A DNA stretch of 64,000 nt from contig CAMDPO010000006.1 in assembly GCA_945904955.1 (NCBI GenBank), positions 6,232 to 70,231 of the forward strand. Direction: 5' to 3'. This document shows positions 31,716 to 40,686 of the stretch, piece by piece. The translations under genes and the position numbers were made by a program. Under the pieces are notes generated by a model. The model saw only the letters and a list, made by a program, of their open reading frames with translations. It ran no database searches and was not told where the DNA came from. Origin of the DNA: Rhizobium sp. Q54. GTDB taxonomy: Bacteria > Pseudomonadota > Alphaproteobacteria > UBA2966 > CAIVPW01. Each line of letters begins with the position of its first letter. The first letter of the stretch is position 1.

Positions 31716-32359
31716 CCGGTATTCCCTGTATTGCGTCGCGGCCGACGTTGAACTCTGTCTTGAGCTTGAGTATGCCGCGCGACGCGGCTTCGTTCGGCGA
31801 CGCGGGGTCGGTCGATGATACCTGGAAGCGGCCGTGGGCCCGGACGGCCCACGCATGCGCCTGCACCACTGTCTTCCCTCGCTTCACCCGCGCGCAGGTA
31901 GCGATGCAGCGACTGGAGTTGGGCCGTCTCGCTGAGCGGCTCGAGCGACTGATCAGCGAGGCCGAGGAACTTTCCGGCCGCCGCGGCATCACCACCCACG
32001 AGGCGAAGGAAGTCTTCCGCTTCAACGGAGCGCGACGGCGCACCGGTTGCACGTTCTGCTGGTGCAGATCGCAGAGGTCAGTGCGCTGGAGCTTGCCGCA
32101 GCGGACGGTCCCGCGCCGTACCTGACGCGTGCGTAGCGCGACACGTGCGCACCGCTTCTTGGCATAGCGCGCGAGAGGCGATCTACCACAACGACAAAGC
32201 GTGCGAGCCTGGGGCCCCGAGGCTCCTCAGGGCCTCCGACGGAACCGTCGGCAAGAGCTATGCGCCAGCTGTGATGCCCTTAACCGCGCCGACAGCGCAG
32301 CCTTGCTTACCGCCCGGAGCGGCCCTGTGCGGATCGATCCGAAGAGGCTGTAGCGGGAG

Positions 32360-33796
32360 CTACGGCTGAACGGCCGTGCCGGCCAGCAGGCGATCCGCGG
32401 ACAGTGAAACGTTGCGGCGCACCGTGCCGGCAGGGCCGAGCGCCGGAATCACCTTGCCGTCGACGGAGACTTCGAGAGCCCCGGCATTGCCGGTCATCAG
32501 CACGAGGTCCTCGCGCGCCGGAGCGATGTACCTGTCGCCAGCGCGCAGGATGCGAGTCAGCAGGAGCTCGCCGGCTGCACCGGTGATCTGCACCCAGCTG
32601 TCCTGGTGGGCGAGGATGACGACACGGCCACTGGTTGCGCCAAATACCTGTCCGTCCCGCGCTGCTACGGTCATGTCGACCGGGGCCGCGGGCGGAACGA
32701 TGGGAGCAACGGTCGGAAGCTCCGCCGCCGCTATCGCGACGGGCGGCGCAAGGATGGCGGGCGGCGTCACGATCGGCTCGGGCGCAAGCGCCGGTGTCGG
32801 CGTGAACGCGGGCAACTCTTCGACGACGGCGACCGGCTCGCCCGCAGCGGCGACCATCGGCGACGGCGTCGGCTCGGCAAGCGCGACCTCCGGCTCAGGA
32901 GTCGGAACGACAGGGATGGCGTCGGGCGGCTCGATTGCCGCGATGACTGGTGGCGCAGCAGGCGCGGGCGCGATCGGAGCGGGTGCCGGCAACGCGGCAA
33001 TCGCCGGCGCAGGTACCGTGGTGGGCGTCTGCCGTTGCACCGGCGGCGGTGCGGCGGGCGTCGCAGCCTGAGGCGCTAGCGGCGGAGTCTGGGTAACCGG
33101 GGTGACGGGCAGCACGCCGAGGACCCGTCCGATCGCTGGATCGAGAGCGGCCGTGGCCTGGGCCGGAGCTGGCGGAGGAACGGCTTCGACACGCGGCGGT
33201 GTGCCGGCGTTAGCCGCCCGCACGTCGACGACGCTCAGGCCATTGTTGGTGGCGGCAGGCGCGGGCGCGGGCGCGGCGGCTTGTACGCCGGCGTCCGTCG
33301 GCGGCGGAGCGACGCGATCGAGCAGCGCGAGTCCGGTGCGCTCAGAATAGTACCAAGCACCGAAGACGACGGCAGCGAGCAGCGCCGACATGCCGAGCAA
33401 CCAGCCGCGCGGCATGCGCTCGACGGGCTCAGCGGTCGGGAATACGAGCGGCGTGCGGCGACGCGACGTACTGGTTTCCTGCTTGAATGCCTCGACGGCG
33501 GCAGCGGGATCGAGTCCCAGGTAGTCGGCATAGGAGCGCACGAAACCGAGTGCGTATGCCGGCGCGGGCAGATCGGTGAAGCGACCTTCCTCAATCGCCG
33601 ACAGATGTTCTTTGCGGATGCGCAGCGCGACGGCGACTTGCGCGACGTCCAAGCCCGCCTGAATGCGCGACGCGGCGAACTCCGACCCGATGCCCTGGTA
33701 GCGCTGCGAGCGATCGTCGGGCACTCCACGCAAATGGAGGCGGCGATCGGGATCGCGGCGATTGGGATCAAAGTCGAGCGGCGTGATGTTCGTCAT
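32360..33796 (-). CDS. rodZ: RodZ-like cytoskeleton protein (HTH - TM - Pro/Ala-rich linker - DUF4115)
   Basis: Start MTNITPLDF at 33796. HTH LDVAQVAVALRIRKEHLSAIEEGRF, FVRSYADYLGLD, a TM helix, a ~220-aa Pro/Ala linker, and C-terminal DSWVQIT...GNAGALEVSVDG. Confidence 0.85.
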   Translation of the reverse strand: MTNITPLDFDPNRRDPDRRLHLRGVPDDRSQRYQGIGSEFAASRIQAGLDVAQVAVALRIRKEHLSAIEEGRFTDLPAPAYALGFVRSYADYLGLDPAAAVEAFKQETSTSRRRTPLVFPTAEPVERMPRGWLLGMSALLAAVVFGAWYYSERTGLALLDRVAPPPTDAGVQAAAPAPAPAATNNGLSVVDVRAANAGTPPRVEAVPPPAPAQATAALDPAIGRVLGVLPVTPVTQTPPLAPQAATPAAPPPVQRQTPTTVPAPAIAALPAPAPIAPAPAAPPVIAAIEPPDAIPVVPTPEPEVALAEPTPSPMVAAAGEPVAVVEELPAFTPTPALAPEPIVTPPAILAPPVAIAAAELPTVAPIVPPAAPVDMTVAARDGQVFGATSGRVVILAHQDSWVQITGAAGELLLTRILRAGDRYIAPAREDLVLMTGNAGALEVSVDGKVIPALGPAGTVRRNVSLSADRLLAGTAVQP

Positions 33797-34185
33797 GAAT
33801 CGAACTCCGCCCCGTCGCGAGGGGCTTAGCGCGCGCACACATGCGCACGCCACGGACCACATCTGTTGGCACCAAGTCTCGGGGGAACGTGGTTAAGGAA
33901 GGGTTACCGCGCGGATTCGGACCGCGCCCACGTCCCTTCCCCCGGACGAGGCTGCTGCTGTCGCGTCCAGCCAGTAAACCAGAAATCCGCGAGAAACCGC
34001 AATGTGTTGAGCCCTTCATGCACATCCGGACACTGCTAAGTTCATGATTCGTTCCGACCTATGGGCCGCTTCCGTGACAAGTGCACGGCGGATTGATCCG
34101 CCGCGGGGGTGGCTCGGAACTGCAACCTTGGTGGGGACCGGCGTGAATGCGAGAATTTCACACTGCACTTTGCTGGGAGGCATCG

Positions 34186-34764
34186 ATGCGCATCCAACCT
34201 CGTCCCGCCGTAGGCGCGCTACACGCACGACGCGCCGTAGGCGCGCTACACGCACGACGCGCCGCAGGCGCGCAGTACGCTCGACGCGTGAGCGCGGCGC
34301 TGATCGCGACAACCGCTTTGACGTTTGCACTGGCGGGCACCGCCCGTGCTCAAGACGCCGCGTTCGGCAAGAGCATCTGGCTGACGCAAGCCAACTGCGC
34401 CGAGTGCCACGGGTGGATGGGCGATGGCGTGCAAGAGATCCCGCAACAGCCGCAAGGCGCCAACCTGCGCCAGACGACGCTGACGCTGGAGCAACTTTCC
34501 GAGGTGATCATGTGCGGCCGGCCGGGAACGCCGATGCCGCACTACGATCCGCGCGCCTATACCGATGCACGCTGCTACGGCATGACGGCGGCGCAGATCG
34601 GCAACCAGGCGCCGCCGCCCGCCGGCTTCTCGTTCATCAAGCGCCACTTCGATGCGCTAGCGGCGTTCATCCTGAGCGACTTCGCCGGCAAGGGCCCGCC
34701 GACGAAAGCGTCGTGCATCTCGCTGCTCGGCAACGAGAACCCGCGCTGCGAACGGATGCCGTAG
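34186..34764 (+). CDS. c-type cytochrome with a repeat-expanded signal-peptide n-region
   Basis: SD gggagg lies 5 nt before the ATG at 34186. Signal VSAALIATTALTFALAGTARA, haem motif CAECHG, distal GTPMP. Confidence 0.8.
   Translation: MRIQPRPAVGALHARRAVGALHARRAAGAQYARRVSAALIATTALTFALAGTARAQDAAFGKSIWLTQANCAECHGWMGDGVQEIPQQPQGANLRQTTLTLEQLSEVIMCGRPGTPMPHYDPRAYTDARCYGMTAAQIGNQAPPPAGFSFIKRHFDALAAFILSDFAGKGPPTKASCISLLGNENPRCERMP
34207..34287 (+). repeat. 3 x 27-bp in-frame tandem repeat
   Basis: GCCGTAGGCGCGCTACACGCACGACGC occurs twice identically (34207-34233, 34234-34260). A third copy has 22/27 identity (34261-34287). They encode AVGALHARR, AVGALHARR, AAGAQYARR. Confidence 0.95.
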
Positions 34765-34768
34765 CCGG

Positions 34769-36220
34769 TCAGGGCGCCGGAACGTATCCGACGGGGAGTT
34801 GGGCGCCGATGAAGTTGGCGCCGCCCACCTTGGTGTCGGACATCGTCGCGCCGAGCATCCGCGCTCCCGAGAGGTTGGCGGACGTAAGGTCGGCATCGCG
34901 CAGGTTCGCGCCGAACAGGTCGGCGCCGCGCAGGTCTGCCTTGGACAGGTCGACCCCGACGAGCCCGGCGCGCCACATCTGCGCGCTGATCAGCGATGCT
35001 CCCGCCAAGTTCGAGCGCGCCAGTTGCGCGTCGTTGAGGCGCGCGGCGCCTAGGTTGGCGCGCGTGAAATTGGCGTCGTTGAGCCGAGCGGTATGTAGAT
35101 CGGCCCACGCGAGGTAGGCGTCGGTAAGGTTGGCGCCGATCAGCTGCACGCGGCCGGCGTAGGCGCCGGCGAGGTCAGCGCCGGTGAGATTCGCAGCATC
35201 CAAGCGCGCCTCGTACAGCATCGCTTCGAACAGGTTGGTGGCGACAAGCTGGGCGCGGCGCAGGTTGGCGCGATTGAGGTTGGCGCCGGTCAAGTCGGCG
35301 CCGCTCAGGTCGGCATTGGCGAGGATCGCGCCATGCAGGATGGCACCCTTGAGATTCGCGCCCTTGAGGTTGGCACCCGTGAGGTCGGCGCGCTTCAGGT
35401 CAGCGCCGGAGAGGTCGCAGCCCTCGCAGCTGCGCGCCCGCGCGATCAGCGCGTCTTTGTCCGTGGCGGGCGCAGGCACCAGGCGCGCGAGCCGCGCGGC
35501 GCCGTCGGCAATCGGCGCGGCGAGGCGCGCCTCGAAGTGCGTCGTGCTCTCGAACTGCCCCTCGGTGGGCGCCCCGGCCAAATCGACGATGGTTTGGCCG
35601 CGCTTGCGGAAGAAGTTGTTCGTCAGGACGAGGTCGATCTCGCCCGGCAATCCCCGGGCGCGGCATTCGCGCTTGATGAACATGCCCTGGAACTCAAGCT
35701 CGCCGTCGGCGCGCGCGCCGTTCGTGCAGACGAACCTGTCTTCGCCATACCGGGCCATGAGCGGATCGGCGAGGCGCGCACCCAGTTCGCGGATGGCGAT
35801 CTCGACGCGCGGGTCGCTGACGATGCGAAAGCCCACCATGAAGCCCTGTTCGTCGAGCAAGACCGAAACGATGATGGGGATGTCGTGCGCCGACGTCGAG
35901 CGGTCAATGATCTGCGTGGCGGGGTCGTGGTGCGCGCGGGCAACGAATTCCGTCTCGTCGTCGTAGCGGAAATAGACTTCGCGAATGCCGTCTGCTTCGG
36001 CGCGACAGCGCGTGTACTCGGACCACGCGGCGAGCACCGTCGAGGGCGGTCCGCCGTTGGTGCCGCACGCATAGTCGATGAAGTTCTCCGTCGGCATCTC
36101 CGTAGCGTGCGCGCCGAGACGAAGGTCCCAGATGGCGTACGCCGCGTCCTGCGCCTGGGCGACGGTTGCCCCCAGGCACGCCAAGGAGGCGGCGAGGAGC
36201 CGAAGGATCGCTTGCTGCAT
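34769..36220 (-). CDS. Secreted protein: unknown ~240-aa N-domain plus ~210-aa pentapeptide-repeat domain
   Basis: Signal MQQAILRLLAASLACLGATVAQA. The C-terminal half is continuous A(D/N)LxG-type pentapeptides (CDLSGADLKRADLTGANLKGANLKGAILHGAILANADLSGADLTGANL...). Confidence 0.85.
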   Translation of the reverse strand: MQQAILRLLAASLACLGATVAQAQDAAYAIWDLRLGAHATEMPTENFIDYACGTNGGPPSTVLAAWSEYTRCRAEADGIREVYFRYDDETEFVARAHHDPATQIIDRSTSAHDIPIIVSVLLDEQGFMVGFRIVSDPRVEIAIRELGARLADPLMARYGEDRFVCTNGARADGELEFQGMFIKRECRARGLPGEIDLVLTNNFFRKRGQTIVDLAGAPTEGQFESTTHFEARLAAPIADGAARLARLVPAPATDKDALIARARSCEGCDLSGADLKRADLTGANLKGANLKGAILHGAILANADLSGADLTGANLNRANLRRAQLVATNLFEAMLYEARLDAANLTGADLAGAYAGRVQLIGANLTDAYLAWADLHTARLNDANFTRANLGAARLNDAQLARSNLAGASLISAQMWRAGLVGVDLSKADLRGADLFGANLRDADLTSANLSGARMLGATMSDTKVGGANFIGAQLPVGYVPAP

Positions 36221-36283
36221 CGATCGCTTGCGAGACGCGAAAGCGGGCCGGTGACCCGGCCCGCTTCCGGTTTCTCAGGGGTA

Positions 36284-38083
36284 CTAAAGCGAGAACACGT
36301 AGAGCGCCCCGCCGTTCTTCATCAGCCCAAGCTCCGGCCACATGCCGCCGCCCGGAGCGCCGCCCGCGGCGATAACGGCAATGAACTGCTTGCCGTTCAC
36401 CGAGAACGCGATCGGTGCCGCCTTGATCGACGTGCCGGTCTCAAAGCGCCACAGCTCGGCCAGGGTCTGGTCGTCGTGCGCCGTCACGGCGCCATCGAGC
36501 GTGCCCGAGAACACGAGGTTGCCCGCAGTTGCGAGGACGCCGGCGCGGTTCTCGTACGGCTGGCTGATCTTGGCGATCTGCTTGCCGGTGACCACGTCGA
36601 CCGCCGAGATGATTCCGCGCACGCCGTGATGGACCTGGTTGCCGATGGCCGAGCGGCTCGGGCTTTGGCGAGAAATGCCGCCGCCGTTGGCCTCGAGCAG
36701 GACCGGTACGACGTCGAACTGCACGCAGCCGTCCATGCCCGCGGCATAGGCGATGCGCTTGTTCGGATTGTACGCCTGCGGCTGCCAACGGATGCCGCCG
36801 AGGCGATGCGGGCAGGTCGGCTCGAAGGTGTTGCCGACCTGGCCGCGCAGACGACGCGTCTCCGGCACGTAGGGCTGCACGCCGACGGCCGGGTTGTACT
36901 CCATCGGCTTGCCGGTCTTCGGGTCGATGCCCTTGGTCCAGTTGACGACGTCGACGAACTGCGTCGCCGAGAGGAAGGCGCCGTTGCTGCGGTCGACCTG
37001 ATAGTAGAAGCCGCTACGGCTGTAGTGGCCGACTACCTGGCGCGCGGCGCCTGCCGCGTTGGGCAAGTCGTACAGCATGTGCACGCCCTGCTCGTCGTAG
37101 TCCCACGACTCGTTCGGCGTGTACTGGAAGAACCACTTCAGCTTGCCGGTGTCGATGTCGAGCGCGATCACCGCGTTGCTGAACAGGTTGTCGCCCGGAC
37201 GGAATTCCGGATCGTGCATCGGCATCGGCTGGCCGACGCCCCAGATCGTCGCGCGTGCACCGACGTCGTAGGAGCCGGTCGTCCACATGCCGCCGCCGCC
37301 GGTCTTCCACGCCTGGTTGGTATCCTTCCAGGTCTCGAAGCCCTGCTCGCCCGGTCCCGGGATCGTGTAGAAGCGCCAGACTTCCTTGCCGTCCGCAGCG
37401 TTGACCGCCGCCAGCCAACCGCGGCCACCGGAGTCGCCACCGGCATTGCCGACGATGAGCTTGCCCTCGGCGGCGATCGCCGCGGCGTTGAAGTTCTCAT
37501 ACGGCGTGCCGACTTCGGTCTGCGCCTTCGGATGCGCGACTTTGCCGATCTGCTGATCCCACTGGATCTCGCCGGTGTTGCGGTTGATCGAGACGACGCG
37601 GGCGTCACGCAGCGTCATGTAGATGGACTCGCCCATCATTGCGTGGCCGCGGGTGCGTGCGGACTGATCGGTGGGCAGCGCGGTGTTGGCCTCCCACACG
37701 TACGTCGCCTTGGTGCCGGAGCGCAGATCGAACTTGTAGGTGAAGCCGCCACCGGCATCGATGTACATGAAGCCGTCCTCGACCAGGCCGGAGGCTTGGT
37801 TATCGAGACTGGTGCGGCCGATGAGGGACTGCACCATCGGCATCGTGTAGGCGACCTTCAGGTTCTGAACGTTCGACGAGTTGATCTGCGCGAGACGCGA
37901 GAAGCGCTGCGAGCCGTAGTTCTGGAAGTTCATGAGCCAGTTGTGCGGCTCGTTGTCGGCGTTGTTGAGCCGAGTCTGGGTAAGCGGCGCGGCGAAGGCC
38001 GGAGCCGCGAGCACGGCAGCCAGGGCGCCGCCGACGATCGTTGTCGCGATGGCGCGAAGGTGCTTTTGCACGATGCGATGCAT
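36284..38083 (-). CDS. PQQ-dependent dehydrogenase (methanol/ethanol family, divergent clade)
   Basis: Start MHRIVQKHLRAIATTIVGGALAAVLAAPAFA at 38083. Repeated propeller motifs (NRNTGEIQW, NAADGKEVW, DIDTGKLKW, DVVTGKQI). Active-site context NESWDYDEQG at 37094-37102. Confidence 0.9.
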   Translation of the reverse strand: MHRIVQKHLRAIATTIVGGALAAVLAAPAFAAPLTQTRLNNADNEPHNWLMNFQNYGSQRFSRLAQINSSNVQNLKVAYTMPMVQSLIGRTSLDNQASGLVEDGFMYIDAGGGFTYKFDLRSGTKATYVWEANTALPTDQSARTRGHAMMGESIYMTLRDARVVSINRNTGEIQWDQQIGKVAHPKAQTEVGTPYENFNAAAIAAEGKLIVGNAGGDSGGRGWLAAVNAADGKEVWRFYTIPGPGEQGFETWKDTNQAWKTGGGGMWTTGSYDVGARATIWGVGQPMPMHDPEFRPGDNLFSNAVIALDIDTGKLKWFFQYTPNESWDYDEQGVHMLYDLPNAAGAARQVVGHYSRSGFYYQVDRSNGAFLSATQFVDVVNWTKGIDPKTGKPMEYNPAVGVQPYVPETRRLRGQVGNTFEPTCPHRLGGIRWQPQAYNPNKRIAYAAGMDGCVQFDVVPVLLEANGGGISRQSPSRSAIGNQVHHGVRGIISAVDVVTGKQIAKISQPYENRAGVLATAGNLVFSGTLDGAVTAHDDQTLAELWRFETGTSIKAAPIAFSVNGKQFIAVIAAGGAPGGGMWPELGLMKNGGALYVFSL

Positions 38084-38295
38084 GTTGAGTCCCTCCCAAG
38101 GGGGCCCAAAACATGCGCCGTTGCTTCGACGCCGCCTGGGCCAGCAAATAGATTGCGGCCCGGTGCGTCCCTGGGTCAATCGGTCGCAGGCCGGTTGTGC
38201 CGCCAGGCGCGTCTCGGCGTTGGAATCATTCGTCTTTATTGTATGCAGCGATTCGGCGCGGCTATCTATGCGCGCGCCCGCAAGCCTGCGGCGCG

Positions 38296-39345
38296 TTAGA
38301 CGCGTCGTGTCAGGGCGGTCACGGCCTCGCTTACCAGCTCCGAGACGATCTCTGCCGTCGGTTGGACACGCGTCACCATGCCGACGCTTTGTCCCGCCAT
38401 CAGCGAGCCGTTCTCGATATCGCCGTTGATGACGGCGTTGCGCAGCTGGCCGGCCCAGAAGTGCTCGATCTTCAGTTGCGCGGCGGCTTGGTCGAGGCGG
38501 CCGGACTTGAAGTCATCGATCACCTCGCGCTGGAACTGCGCGAAGCGGCGCGTGCCGGCGTTCTGGATGGCGCGCACCGGGATGACCGGGAAGTGCGGAT
38601 CGACCTGCACGCTCGGGATGGCGTCGCGCGCCTGGGCGTGAATGAACGCCTGCTTGCACTTCGGGTGCGCGATCGATTCCGTCGCGCAGACGAAGCGCGT
38701 ACCGAGCTGACAACCGGCCGCGCCCATTTCCAGGTACATGGCGACGGCGGCGCCGCGACCGATGCCGCCGGCGACGAACACCGGAATGTCGCGCACGTGC
38801 GGCAGGATCTCCTGCGCAAGCACGCTGGTGGATACGGGGCCCACGTGTCCGCCCGCCTCGTTGCCTTCGATGATTATGCCGTCGGCACCTGCGCGCGCGA
38901 GACGGAGGGCGAGCGCGATGGCCGGCGCGAACACCAGGACGCGCGGCCCGCCCTGCTTGACGCGCTTGACGTCGGCGCCCTTGGGCACACCGCCCGCCAG
39001 CACGACGTGGCTGACCTTGCGTGCGATGCACACGTCGATCAGCGCCTGCAGCTCGGGATGGAGCGTGATGAGGTTGACGCCGAACGGCTGCGACGTGAGA
39101 GCGAATGTCGCGGCGATCTCGGCGTCGAGTTGGGCCGGTGACATCGAGCCCGTCGCCAACACACCGAACGCGCCGGCGTTAGACATCGCCGCGACGAGGT
39201 TGCGCTCGGACACCCACGTCATGGCGCCGCCCATGATCGCGTAGCGGGTGCCTAGGAGCTTGCGCCCCGCCGCCCAGAGTTCATCGAGTAGCGCTTCCGC
39301 GCGCTGCAGATCTTTGCCGGTGACGGGCGCGCGCTCAGGCAGCAT
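38296..39345 (-). CDS. Nitronate monooxygenase / FabK-like FMN oxidoreductase family protein
   Basis: YAIMGGAMTWVS, GADGIIIEGNEAGGHVG, VFVAGGIGRGAAVA, GAAGCQLGTRF. 11-nt overlap with the lysC 3' end. Confidence 0.85.
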   Translation of the reverse strand: MLPERAPVTGKDLQRAEALLDELWAAGRKLLGTRYAIMGGAMTWVSERNLVAAMSNAGAFGVLATGSMSPAQLDAEIAATFALTSQPFGVNLITLHPELQALIDVCIARKVSHVVLAGGVPKGADVKRVKQGGPRVLVFAPAIALALRLARAGADGIIIEGNEAGGHVGPVSTSVLAQEILPHVRDIPVFVAGGIGRGAAVAMYLEMGAAGCQLGTRFVCATESIAHPKCKQAFIHAQARDAIPSVQVDPHFPVIPVRAIQNAGTRRFAQFQREVIDDFKSGRLDQAAAQLKIEHFWAGQLRNAVINGDIENGSLMAGQSVGMVTRVQPTAEIVSELVSEAVTALTRRV

Positions 39346-40555
39346 CCAGCCCGTAGGCCGTGTGCAAGGTGCGCAACGCGAGCTCCGTGTACTCCTCGGC
39401 GATCAGCACGCTGACCTTGATCTCCGACGTGGAGATCATCTGGATGTTGATGCCTTTGTCGGCCAGTGCCTGGAACATGCGGTAGGCGATGCCGGCGTGA
39501 CTGCGCATGCCGACGCCGATCACCGACACCTTCACGACGTCGGGCGAAGAGATGACGCGCTCGTGGCCGATCTGCGCCTTGGCGCCTTCGATGACGGAGA
39601 GCGCGCGCTTCAAGTCGCTGCGGCCGACGGTGAACGTGAGGTCGGTGCTCTTGCCGTCCTCGGAGACGTTCTGGACGATCATGTCGACGTTGATGTTGGC
39701 ATTGGCGAGCGGCCCGAAGATACGCGCCGCGACCCCCGGCCGATCGGCGACCTTGACGAGAGTCACCTTGGCCTCGTTGGGCGAATAGGCGATGCCGCTG
39801 ATAAGTTCGTCTTCCACACCTTCCTCCTCGTCGACGACCAGCGTGCCCGGCGCGTCGGAAAAGCTGGAAAGGACCTGCACGACGACCTTGTGCTTCATGC
39901 CCATCTCGACCGAGCGGGTCTGCAGCACCTTGGCGCCCAGCGACGCCGATTCGAGCATTTCCTCGAACGTGATCTTATCAAGCTTGCGCGCCTTGGTAAC
40001 GATGCGCGGGTCGGCCGTGTAGACGCCGTCGACATCGGTATAAATGTCGCAGCGATCCGCCTTCAGCGCCGCAGCCAAGGCGACCGCGGAGGTATCGGAG
40101 CCGCCGCGCCCGAGCGTCGCGATGCGTCCATCCGATCCCACCGCCTGGAAGCCCGGCACCACGGCGACCTCGCCGCGCTTGAACCCCTCGAGGATGGGTC
40201 CGACGTCGATACCGGTGATGCGCGCCTTGCCGTGCGCCGCATCGCAGCGAATCGGCAACTCCCAGCACGGCCACGAACGCGCCTTGAGGCCGGCGTCCTG
40301 CAGCGCGAGGGCGACGAGCCCGATGGTGACCAGTTCGCCGGTCGCGACGACGACGTCATACTCGGCGTCGTCCACTTTGGAGGAGACGGCGTCGACGAGC
40401 TTCACGAGGGTGTCGGTCTGCCCCGACATGGCCGACACGACGACGGCGACCTCGTTGCCGGCGTCCACGACCTTCTTGACGCGGCGGGCGACGTTCTTGA
40501 TGCGGCTGACGTCGCCTACGGACGTACCGCCAAACTTCAACACCAACCGCGCCAT
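39335..40555 (-). CDS. lysC: Aspartate kinase
   Basis: Start MARLVLKFGGTSVGD at 40555. VVVSAMSGQTD and tandem C-terminal ACT domains. 406 aa. Confidence 0.95.
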   Translation of the reverse strand: MARLVLKFGGTSVGDVSRIKNVARRVKKVVDAGNEVAVVVSAMSGQTDTLVKLVDAVSSKVDDAEYDVVVATGELVTIGLVALALQDAGLKARSWPCWELPIRCDAAHGKARITGIDVGPILEGFKRGEVAVVPGFQAVGSDGRIATLGRGGSDTSAVALAAALKADRCDIYTDVDGVYTADPRIVTKARKLDKITFEEMLESASLGAKVLQTRSVEMGMKHKVVVQVLSSFSDAPGTLVVDEEEGVEDELISGIAYSPNEAKVTLVKVADRPGVAARIFGPLANANINVDMIVQNVSEDGKSTDLTFTVGRSDLKRALSVIEGAKAQIGHERVISSPDVVKVSVIGVGMRSHAGIAYRMFQALADKGINIQMISTSEIKVSVLIAEEYTELALRTLHTAYGLDAA

Positions 40556-40686
40556 GCGTCTTGAGTTCCCCTGCTGGCCGCCGACCCCCAAAGCGTCGGC
40601 CCCAAGCGCCGGATTGCCGCCGGAAAGGCGCGTATACATACTCAATCGCCCCACAGGCCCGCAACGGCCGCCGACCGCCCCTCGCC

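Noticed and set aside
32700-33250. Repetitive-looking GC-rich DNA in rodZ (and 52020-52200 in the lipoprotein gene) as a possible tandem repeat or CRISPR-like array
   Set aside because: This is Pro/Ala-rich low-complexity coding sequence with no fixed period and no repeat-spacer structure.
35333-38299. 988-aa plus-strand ORF, the longest in the track
   Set aside because: Antisense to the pentapeptide-repeat and PQQ dehydrogenase genes. Those have signal peptides and family motifs; this one has none.
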